Of a stretch of DNA of 64,000 bases, positions 12,901-24,900 are shown piece by piece; the first letter of the stretch is position 1, and every line of letters starts with the position of its first letter. Position numbers and translations under genes: made by a program. Origin of the DNA: Tubiluchus corallicola (lineage: Eukaryota; Animalia; Priapulida). The stretch lies in assembly GCA_030141605.1 (NCBI GenBank), contig JAQGDQ010000232.1:1-64000 (forward strand), read 5' to 3'. The notes below the pieces were generated by a model. That model saw only the letters and a list, made by a program, of their open reading frames with translations, was not told the DNA's origin and searched no databases.

Positions 12901-15900
12901 TTGGAACGGGCCTTCTAAATGTTGCTACACTGCTGAGCTGATGTGTTTTTGTGGAGCTCTCGTCGTTGTAAAGGATGACAAATTAAACAATTTATCACTG
13001 ATGCATATTGAGTCAGATATGTTGAAAAAAATGGACTTTTCAGAAATTATAACTGACGTTGTCCCCAGAAAAATTCGGAAACTGAAATTTTGAACTTAAA
13101 CTTAAACTGTGTAAACGTGAATTGTGTAAACTTAAATTGTGTAAACTTGATTTGTGTAAACCCGATTTGAAATATAGTGACTGACTTTTGAAAAAAAAAC
13201 TTTTCTATATTTTATTTTGGCGGGCCCCCCGCTCTTTTGTCAATTTATTTTTTTTATAACAAAAATTTTTTTTCGTTTTATTTTGCCGGGCCCCTTTTGA
13301 TCCCGGGCCTTAGGCTTCAGCTATCCGCTACAGATAATACCCCAACATTACATATCAATTTTATTTTATCTGGCTTTGTTTTTGTTTGTGCTCATTGTGC
13401 AGTCTGTTTATTATTGAGTGTGATGTCACATGGATCTACTTCAACACTCACCAATCAAACCAAGCACCAAAACTACTCTTACTGTTTTTTGTTTTTTACA
13501 ATTGTTTTTGTCTCTGTAATCATTTACAGGTCAACAGTTCATAGGGATATCAGAAAATTCATTGGCACATGAGTTCATATTTATGTGTACAGTGGGTGAC
13601 TCTGAAATCAGATAAGTGAGAAATATACACATGAGGTAGAGATTTCTGTGACTCATTCACTGAATTCCCATGAATAAATTGCTGATTCGAAGTTTACAGT
13701 AAGCAGAGAACTTACCAAATGACTAGTTTTACCAGTAATCACAGACATTTTTGTATCGATTGGTGTCTTGTTGCATTATAATAATTTAAAGCAGAAATAT
13801 CGTTTAATTTTAAAGTAAATAAAGTAAACTGCTATTAATGACACATAATTAACTTATTTATTTTCTTTCACTGTGTTTTTCAACATGTCCTTGAGTGCCT
13901 TGAATCCCACCTATAGCGTTTAATAACTAACTTTAATTACAAGGGCGTGTACAAACAGCTACTTATAGCAGTTTAAACTTTTGTAATTATATCCTTTACA
14001 TGCTGAAAGAGGAAAGTCAAATTAGTATGTTACCCATTGTGTTGAGCAGAACGGGTTAGAACTACAGTTTATGGTTAGAAATTCACACACTACTTTATTG
14101 ACTATTCTAAACATTTTTGTAACTTTTAATTAATTAAATAATCCCAGCTAATGTCATTATAATAACAGCAGTGACAACAAGAATCAAGCCATAGCCTTAG
14201 TAAAAAAAGAGGTGAAAATTCAATTTGAATTATCCATATTTGACAAATAGAGTAACTACACCAAAACTGAATTTATTGCCGACCGGTTTCGAACAAACTG
14301 TTCATTGTCAAGGCATCTAAAACAAATAAATTTGTCAGAACTTAGAACAACATCGAAATGCAATTCTCTAGTCAGATAGTCAAAAAATGTATGTTATAAC
14401 ATTGTATAGATAATTCAACAATTTACCTTGTAAATTGCATATCTTGATTGGTATAAACTTACGCTGCACTCCACAAACACAAATGTGTTAGTAGTAAAAG
14501 AAAATTTCTTCATTGTATAGACCTACCTATTATTCTGATAAAGTTGGTTTAGTTAAGAATGAAATCCACTAATTTTACGCATTTCTGTGGTGCGTCATCA
14601 GCCAATGAAAAGTGGTTTTATCAACCCAACAGTGAGTTTTCTGACTCGCCAGGTTGTAGTATGATATGGATGCATCACAAAAACATACCCTTGTAAAAAG
14701 ACCTCAATGGTCCTTTAATGTTTGGCTTTAATGGAAAATTCTTGACCTTACTTAAAGCATTTAAATTGCTTTAGTTATGTTGACCTTTTCTATGTTGGTG
14801 CTGATTTTATGTTTTTCTTCAGTGAAAAATTAATACATGAATATAATCAATAGTTAGTGAAAAATGTTCAGCTTATATGATTTTACTGAATTTTGTTCAC
14901 TGGAACACATCCTGTCATTCCATTCTTTCTTATGGCAGGCAAAATTTTATTTTATGGCTTTTCATTTGGGTTCTCATTTTGTTGAAACACATTACAATAA
15001 TCAAAAGGGTTACTGAAGTTTAAGTATCCTGACACATCAAGAATGGTTATGGTAAAAAACTCTTTGTGTTCAACAACAACAGTTGGACAAGCACATAAAA
15101 TTTATCAACTAAGTGAAATATAAAGCATGATGACTATTGCTTTGTCTTAATTAAGAGAAATTTTAAGAGAAATATCTTCCTGTGCTGTTTTTCCTTAAAA
15201 TGTTCTCAAGTACTCAAGGAGGTTTTGCCAAATTTCATGGCACATTTTGCTTTAATCGTAAGAGAAACACTGTCGAGTTGGAATTGCGGCAAGACCCAAC
15301 TGCTAAAGGAGCAAGAAAATATGTGGTATGATTTCTTTTCACTGAATTTGTTCACATGTCATGTGTAGTAATTTGATTAACATAGTGGAATTTGCAATGT
15401 TTTATTTGCATTGTGGCACTTGTCCATTTATGCCTTCCTGTATTTTGATGTCACATAGTAACATTGCTTTGCGTGCTTTATTCACATTTTTTTTGTTATG
15501 AAAATTTTTTGCAATATACAATTTTTTTCTAAGATATCATCAGTATGTATAATTGGGAGATTGTCATATATACAATTTTTGTATTTGTGCAAAAGCAGCT
15601 ATCTATCTGTTAGCTGTACTGAGAAGCAAACATATTGAATTTGAATTTGCTGCATATAATAGCATTTTTTAACAAAAGTGAGCTTCGGAACTAGCATATA
15701 ACATTGTATATTAACTGCTTATTTGCCCTGTAAATGCTTTTACTTCATGCGGTAAAACAATTATTCACACATTCCTAAAGTAGCATATAGGTGATTTTTA
15801 ATGATAACACTATTATAAGTGTGTTATTCGTTTGTGAAAGGATCTGTAAAAATTGTTTTTACCATTTTTCGTCTTGTACAATCTCAAAATGGTAATAAAG

Positions 15901-18900
15901 AAACTACTGTTTGCTTTTAATTCCTAAAATGTACAACAAGACAAAGCTGTAATGACTGTGTATTACTCTGAAGTATTAACAAAAGCACAAAATTAAATCA
16001 TACTACACTACCTTGGCAATTTCTGAAGATACACAAAAATTTCTACTAGTTTACCATTGGATTGTGCTATGAATGCAAATCCAGAAAGAAAAAAAACAAA
16101 TACTGGCTACATGAGCTGATTATGTCATTGATTAACATTTTGTTTCCTTTCAGGGTCCCCTGATTGTCTCTGTACAAGAATTAGATGGAACATTCAGTCA
16201 CAAGTTACAAATAGAAGAGAATGTGACCAAACACGACATCACTTGTCACTCAAAATCTCGTCGTCACAAGAAGAAGAAGATACCGCTTTGCACAGGTGAA
16301 GAAGTGGATATGGACTTGAATGCTATGGAGTAAGTGGCTCTGCATTGTCCAAGTTGCATCAGTTGAAATTTCCAAATCAAGGCATTAAACCATAAAATAT
16401 TCCTCCTAAGTTAGTTTGAAAATTCCTTCACTAAAGTGTGGTTGATATGTGAGAGTGTTTATTTTATTTTGTACCTTATTTAGAAGCAAAAATTAGTGAA
16501 TGGTATTTTGAGTTTTGACAGGGAGGCTGGATGTTGTTCTAATACATCATATGCAGTAATGAAGGCTTGTACTGCAACATTACAAGCAGTTTGGAAATTT
16601 TGCATTAAGCACAACAACGAGTACACTTGCTTCTGTTGTTTCCATTAAGATCCTATGAAGCATTTGGAAGTAGTGATGTAAATGCTAGTGTCGTTGTTTG
16701 GGTACCAGTGAGCTTGTAATAGATTTAACTGGAAAACCACAGGAGGGACAGCATGACTTGGTCCCCAATGTCCATTAGAATGTTCATTTATGAAAAGTTT
16801 AAATCCTATAATGGATCAAATTTGGATATAATCAGATTTGCATAAGAACTGTTAGCTCGTATTAATTTGTACATTATAGTTTTGAAAATTCATAGTTTAT
16901 GTCATTTGAAGGTGTTTTTGGATCTTATATTTATCTGTCAGACTTTGCCTTTGTCCAGTAAGTCCAACTGATTTGCATTGTCACCCAATTTAGTCTCTAA
17001 TGCCGAGGTGTGGTCTAAATTGTGCAATGTGTCAATCACAAAGTTATCAGCTTGTGTTGATTTGTCATATATTGCTTTTTCTATATGTGAAACATAAACA
17101 TTTCAGAAAATTTAGTTTGATAGACTGGTCATTCTTGTCTGAGAATTGATTTTTTATCAAATTATGTAGAATTTTGTAGGTATTGAGCAGTCATAATAAC
17201 AAGAAATTTTGTTAGCTGCACTTTCAGACATCTAATAATAAACTGATGATCCAAAGCTGAAGTTATTTATTTTTCTAGTCCTGATTCACCAGTATTGTGG
17301 ATCAGAGTGGACCCTGATTTAACCATACTGCGTAAAGCCACATTTGAGCAGCCGGACTATCAATGGCAGTACATGCTAAGATATGAGCGTGACGTGACTG
17401 CTCAAATGGATGCTATTCAAAACCTCGAGAAATATCCAACTCCACAAACCAGGCTGGCATTGACGGATACTATAGAGAATGAACAGTGTTATTATCGGAT
17501 TCGTATTGAAGCTGCACATTGCCTTGCAACTGTAAGTGAAAGACGAGAGTGATGATTGTATAGCTTGCAAACTTAAATGCAATAGAATTAGATTAACAAA
17601 TTGTATGAAATATTCTGTTTCCATGACTGTGCCAGAAAACTAGGTGCAAGTAAGACTGCCTTCATTCAAAACCTAATTGGTGATAATTTTCCCAACAACC
17701 TGTTCGGTTTCAAATGTTTTTCAGTATTTCAAAAAATATTAGTTAATATTTTGACACATATTTATATGAAGTCTTAGTACAGCACATCATTTGTTGGGCT
17801 GTGCACCTTGTAAAGTTTTTATTATTGCTTTGTTTTTATTTTATAAGAGCATGTGCAAGTGGAATGTTGTCTGCCTATAATTATGGGTGTGAAGTACGTA
17901 GGTAAGAGGGTGCAGTTATGAAGCAGACATGCAAATGATTATTTCATCAACTGATTTCAGGAAAATTACATACATAGTCACTAACCCAAGCTTCATTACT
18001 TCAGTGCTTTGCCTAACATTGTGTATCTAAGCAGTGCAGAATTGTTTTGGATAATTTTTACAACAGACCTTTCTCACTCAAATTCAGAATCTAAAGAGTT
18101 TAGTGTCAGCGCTCATCAGTGATGAAAAATGCTATTTGCCAACTGTACAGTTTGGAGTAAATGAAGTTTAGTTTTTCAACTGGCATAGAAACTGAAATCT
18201 CAAATACACACGTTTTACAGGTAGCCAATGCAATGGTATCATCATGGGCCGGACCACCAGCAATGATTACAATATTCAAGAAGATGTTTGGTTCAAATTC
18301 CTGCCCACATATAGTAAAACAGAACAACTTTCAAAATTTTCAAGCTTATTTTCTCCAAAAGGTATTTTACTGGTTCCTTAAAAATGAAAAATATACTTAG
18401 CTGCTCTCAAAAACTTAAATTGCTTAATTGCCACTTTAAGTTGCTCATTTTTTTTTGCTGTTTGTGCAGCTTGTAAAGTTTGATTGTCTTTAATACTGCT
18501 TATCTTGAGCAATTCAGAATTGGAGTGTAGTATTCAAAGAAAGGTATCGGGTGACCTTGAAATTTGCTCATTACAGATTAAAATAATTAGCGGAATGAAT
18601 AACCATGAATTTTTTTAAAAACTTAGGCAGTAGGGCTTACAACAATGTTATATTGTACCAAGATTATTTTGATGTTTATTGCAGTATTAGTGTACATGTT
18701 ATACGATATTTGCTAAGCTTGGGTAAATAAATGTAATTGTGTTTACATAGGACATTTGCTAAGCTTGGGTAAATAAATGTAATTGTGTTTACATAGGACT
18801 TTTCAATTTTTAATATTCATTATTTTAGACGATTCCATGTGCAATGGCAAAGTTGAGGAACGTGCACGGGTTATGTCCTCCTGAAGTTTTCAAATTTTTG

Positions 18901-21900
18901 CTTGATCTGTTTAAATACAATGACAATAGCAAAAACAAGGTAAGAAAATTTTGGTGTTATACTTACTTCATTAAACATTTTTATTACTGCTTAGGTAGTA
19001 TTTTTCTTGCCAAACTGCTGCTGTTTAATAGAAAAAGAAAAAACTGTTCATACATTAATTTTGGTTTTTCTCTGCTCACAAATTCATTTTGTTGTTTTTC
19101 TCCGCTCAAGATTGCACTAAATGGCTACATTTACAATAAAGCAACATTATTACTGCTTAGATAGCATTTTCCATCTTTTTTCTTGCCACACCACTGTTGT
19201 TAATGGAAAAAGAAAAAACTGTTCGTTAATTGTCTTTTTTCTCTGCTCACAAATTCGTTTTGGTGTTTTTCTCTGCTCAAGATTGTCATTTTGGTGTTTT
19301 TCTCTGCTCAAGATTGTCATTTTTTCTACTCACAAATGTCATTTTGTTATTTTTTCTCTGCCACAAAATAGCTACATGTATAATAAAGCAACATTTACTT
19401 TGGGTATCTCATGGCAATATAACATTTTGTTGTTTTTCTCTGCTCAAGATTGTCATTTTTTCTACTCACAAATGTCATTTTTTTTCTCTGCCACAAAATC
19501 TCATGGCAATATGCCAATAAAGCAACATTTACTTATGGTATCTCATGGCAATATGCCACTCACAACATTTTGTGGTTTTTCTCTGCTCAAGATTGTCATT
19601 TCTTCTATTCACAAATGTCATTTTTTCTCTGCCACAAAATAGCTACATTTATAATAAAGCAACATTTACTTTGGGTATCTTATGGTAATATGCCGCACAA
19701 TAATTAAAACTCTTGGTTGTCCCATTGCAATATGCTGTTATAATAATTAAAACTCAGAAATTCGCAAAACTAAGGCAGACTGCCACATGCAGTGCCCGTG
19801 TATGGGTGCACAAGGAACAGCCGAGGACAGCAGACCACACCCCCAGAATTTGAACCAGGTTGACACGGGTCGCTTCTTCTACACCCCTCTTCACACAAAC
19901 GACATGCCGACTCTCAACCGAGCGCTGAGCATCAGGAGCGTCCGACGTGTTGGTTGGTTGAAACGGGACACCACTCCACCAATCAGATCAGCCAAACAAA
20001 TCCTAGCGATCAATGACAGGGACGGTTCAGTGGTGTCACAGACACCTTGCACCCAATCGCATTGCAGTCTACAGTTTATTTATACTACGAACTATTCACT
20101 ACAAGCGCTTGTACTGTGTTACATTTGACAAATTTTTATAAGAACTTTTTACGTTTTATCTAACAATTAAACATAAATTTTCTTTTAGAGACAGCCAATT
20201 TTAGGACTTCAAATAACAAACAAAAATACAGCATTTATTCACCTGACTAATTGGAAATTTGGATTTGTGTAGGCACGATTGTTAATTTTTAGCTTGTGCC
20301 GCCCTCTATAGGCAAAACTGTAAAACGTATTCATGTCTGAAGGGAACTTGTGAATTTGAATGGTGTGTTGTGAAACTGCTTACTAACTGTACTATATTTT
20401 CTCTGGGCTAATTCCGCGCTCTTTTCCATACACACATTTTTGTGATGTATTTAAATATACATGTATTACATTCTAAACATTAGTTTTTAAGTTAACTCGT
20501 CATAACATGCCTGCATTAAACTTGCATTGTTTTTTGTAATACACATACAAAAGTTATCGAACAGAGTTTTTGTAGTGTTTCAATTTTAGCTTAATTAAGG
20601 ATTATTTAAATGTTTAAATGAAGATTAGCTCTATTTGCTCAGAGATTTTTTTGTTATTATTTTGAAAATGCATTTATTTTTATCTAGACAGCAACCACTT
20701 TTGTATATTGGTATGACACAATTTTTTTTGGTGAACATTGTCGATATTGATGATGTTATATTTCTTACAAAATGCTTCTGCCATATGATATCCAATATCT
20801 GCTGCCACTACTTCACCTTTTTTCTCTTAACTAGATGCTTTGCTTTTATTTGCAGTTTTCAGACAATTACTACAGAGCTGCACTTATTGATGCATTATCT
20901 TACACAGTGACCCCCGCTGTTACCATGGGTTCTTTGGGGTAAGTCATGAAAACTTTATCGTGCCTTGTGTCATTAAAAATGTTATCACATGATTACGTGT
21001 AATGAGAGTTTATTATTACATGGTAACAATTTATATTCTCATTAGAGGAGCTTGGGCTGTAAAGCAACATTGTTTTGCTAGATGTAAACAGGTCTGTGCA
21101 TCATAAATGTGCACTGAGGTAAAATCTATTTTGGAAGTGTCATAGGAAAAAAGCAGAAATTTTTTTCCAGCAATGAAATAAATTATCTGTGACTGACTAC
21201 TGTGTCAGTGACTGTTCATTTACAAGCTATACGTGTAAAGAAGCATTAAAATAACCCGGCAAGAAATAACTACCAACTTTGAAAATGTTGATAAGCACTT
21301 ACTTTTTCGTTTTTGCTTTGCTCTCAGAAGATATATAAAAATTGTGCTTTACAAATCTTTAACTCGAGTGATTAACTAAGCTGTAGCATGCATCAAAATG
21401 AACTAGTCTTTGTTTTTGATAGAAACATGGTGACAGCAGACATGTTATCAGCTGACATGCGTTTACTTTTGGATGAGATGACTCGTTACATGAATCTGGA
21501 GAAACTTCTTCCATGCTACAAACTGGTTGTTACGGTTAGCTGTCTCAAGTGCATCAGGCAACTGCAGAGAAACGGTCACTTGCCAAATGATCCGTCACTG
21601 TTCCGCAGTTACGGTAGCTATGGACAGTTCGAGGATGTACGATTAGCTGCCTTGGAGGGCCTAGTTGATTACATCAGAGGTAAGTTTAGTCTAGCAATAC
21701 TTTTACTGCGTATTAGACATATTGTCATTGTCCCTATATTTAAAATCTTTTATAAAATAAGTTTGCGAAAAAATATGTTTGCAGTTTAAATACAGTGATT
21801 TGCTTGTTGTAAATGAACATAATTATGCTAAGTCTATTTAGGTTAACTGACACATGCACAGACAGGAAAAACAGTTTATTATCAGCAAGCATAATGTATC

Positions 21901-24900
21901 AAATCATGTTTCAGAAATGTGCCATACATTTGAAGGTATGATTCAACATAAAAAATCAACCCTGGTTCAATCCTGGTGATGTCCTCTTTCGATCGCATGC
22001 ATCTGAAATCATTAGATACCATTTTTGTTTTAATTAGTGGATGCTAACAAAGAAGAGTTGTCATGGTTGTTCAATCTCATTGAGAATGATCCAATGCCAA
22101 GCGTGCAGCATCAGGTTCTGCAGCTGCTGATTACGAATCCTCCATTTACCTCATCCGGAAAAAACTCGCTAGCATCCGCCGCTTTAGTACGGTGTTTATG
22201 GACACTAATGAAGTAAGTGACATATGGTGTTGCAACAGTGTTAGCAATAGTAGAGCTAGTATGATAACTGTGGTATTACTCTTGTAAGGGATTTATAACT
22301 CAAGCTAGACGATGTGAAATTTACTACATGGTAAGCAGACTTTATCGTAATTTTTGATTGGGTAACTGTAACATCACTATGCTCCTGAGAGAAATAAATG
22401 GTTATACGCGATCGAAAAGTGACAGACTGTGGCAGCCTCACTTAATTTGGTAGTCTAATGTTAGAGTTGTCCTGCTAAATCATGATGTGACACTGAGAAT
22501 CTGAAGCGTAGCATCTTCAAACATGCTTTGTAAAAATGTTGTGTGGCTGTTTGGAGCAGTAAATAAAAGAAACAAACTTGAAATTATTTACTTTAAGGCT
22601 ACGGCTTTTGCAAAAATGGGGCACAGATGTCTAATCTTTGAGTTAATACAATGAGCTCCAGAGACTACTTACATGGTTACCAAAGTACAAGTTTGACCAC
22701 ATACTTAAAATCTCTTGAAAAAATACTTCCATAAAAGTAGGCAGACTCATCTTAGAACTGTGAAACCCTATTAATTTAAAGATGCTTCGCCTTTTTAGTG
22801 TGTTTACAACTTTTTTCCACGAAACACATATGCCCATATCCAGAATGCTTAGCTTCATCTGAACATTACAATAATGTAAAGAAATTAAGCATTGTTCCTC
22901 TGAGAAAGAAATTTCTATTCTTGTTTCAGTAGTGGCACCTCGCATGATTCCCGTCTTCGTTGTGACTTGATAGACTTATATTATGTGTTATTCGGAAGGG
23001 TGGCACCCGGCATTCTCGAATCGGCATCGGTAAGTTATCCAAGTCACAAATATGACAGGATTCTCTCACTTGACTTACATTGTGTTGTGGTCAGTGCTTA
23101 AAGTCTGACACTGACCACTGTTACTAATGACAGTATATATAATAACTGCGCCGTGCGGCATGACATCTGCGACGATTTTACACAGCCATCATTTCATTAA
23201 ATTAACGATCTTGTTATCACAATTACTAAACCATTGATTTAAGAATGACTTTGTAAAACTGGACCCTGGCACACTTTTCATACTCTGTTGTTTACGAACC
23301 ATTTATTATGAGGATATTCATGTTACAACTGTTGCTTATTGGTAATAAGCTTGCTATTTGTATTTGTTGAAATTTCGCAATTTGGTCTTCCAACTAAAAA
23401 TAAGTACTCTCTAATAGAATTTAATTTATTCTAAATCAATATTGTAGCCTAGACATGGATTATTAATTCATAGTGCTTGCACCCAAGAATATATTAACTA
23501 TATTAAATCTTAATAAGTGTTTTAAAAATAACAGCTGTTTGGTGGATAATTCATATATTTCCTTAAAATTTGAGTTTCGAAAAAAGTCATTGTACATTAT
23601 AATACTACTTGTAATTAAAGGCTGCTAAAAATCTATTTTCCTGGGTAATCATAGTTTTGTGCACAAAATCTTCATTTAGGATCCACAAGCTAGTCCTGCT
23701 GACACAGATTACATCAAAATTAATGAGATTTATTAATCAACTTTTATAATTATTCTTGGAGATTTATTATTACATTTTTTCCTACCTCCCATTACATTAA
23801 ATTAGTTGATTAGATACTGTGCCTGTACCACCACCTAATCAGTTATATCAAAAATCACACGTTGTATATGCGTGTAGTAAAGTAGTCCAAACTGCTTCAG
23901 AAATCCAGCATTTCAGACCATTAACATATAATTTTGAACCTTAAAATGCTCTTCTATCTATTAAAATTTAGGGTGTTGCTTGCAATTGCATACATTTCCA
24001 GTTGTATAGAGTCCATTTTATCATAAAGTACATATTATGCTGGGTTATGCAAGCTGATTATAAATTGATTTAGATGTTATTTACTTAGTCTATATATTTT
24101 TACGTCTGTATATTTAGCCAGGATTGGCCGATACGTTCAACGAAATCAAACAAGAAGATTCATTCAAACTGGAACCTGATGACAGTCACCATTTATCAGT
24201 GGACAATTTTGTGACAGATGTGGACACAGAAATTGACCTAGTTGAGGTAGTTATTATTTGTTAATTCATAATGCTCTAAAATTACGAGTAGCATTCAATG
24301 GCACAGTACAGTCAATACAGATATACTACCATAAAACAAGCAAAAATCATCCCTACGTCAGTTAGAAACAACTGTAAGAACTGAGAAGTACTTGTAGCTT
24401 AAATATGTAGGTCATGGTATAAATCATATAGCAGTAAAATGAAAAGTGATTTGAAAAGTCATCAAACTAAAGTTTTGCATTTCTGCTGAAGGTGTAATTT
24501 GAAAGTTGTTACATGTCTGAAGATCAGGCTGTAATCATTTGGTTTTATCCAACAGACTTTATCTATACTAAAGCCCGGTTCTAAAATGAAATATCTTTTT
24601 CGGATTGAGCACAGACTCTGGCACTATAGGAATACAACCCCAGAGTAATGTAGTTAAATAAATACACTTATCCATATCAATCAAACGTGAAATGTATTGG
24701 AGTTTTAGTTTGATACAGTTGCCAGTGGAACAGTTTACAAACTGGAATCCAGTGTTTAGTGAATAATGATGATGATTGTTGCTGGACCAGAACATTTCTC
24801 ACTATTAAAGATATCTATTAAGATGAGGTAATGAATGGCTCGTCCTCACAGTATTTTAGCTTCATTTTGATGTATTTTTTCTCATTGAGAGGGAGTACAG

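Larger units (their letters stand above)
12684..15210 (+). other. U12-type (minor spliceosome) GT-AG intron of TAF2
   Basis: 5' splice site GTATCCTT at 12684; U12-like branch site TTCCTTAA at 15191-15198, about 12 nt from the AG at 15209-15210; joining the exons gives in-frame ...DHWV|TQGGFAKF. Confidence 0.9.

Noticed and set aside
19121-19707. Overlapping Phe/Cys-rich ORFs and a CRISPR-like repeat appearance
   Set aside because: Degenerate intronic minisatellite with no unique spacers and no cas genes, in a eukaryotic context.
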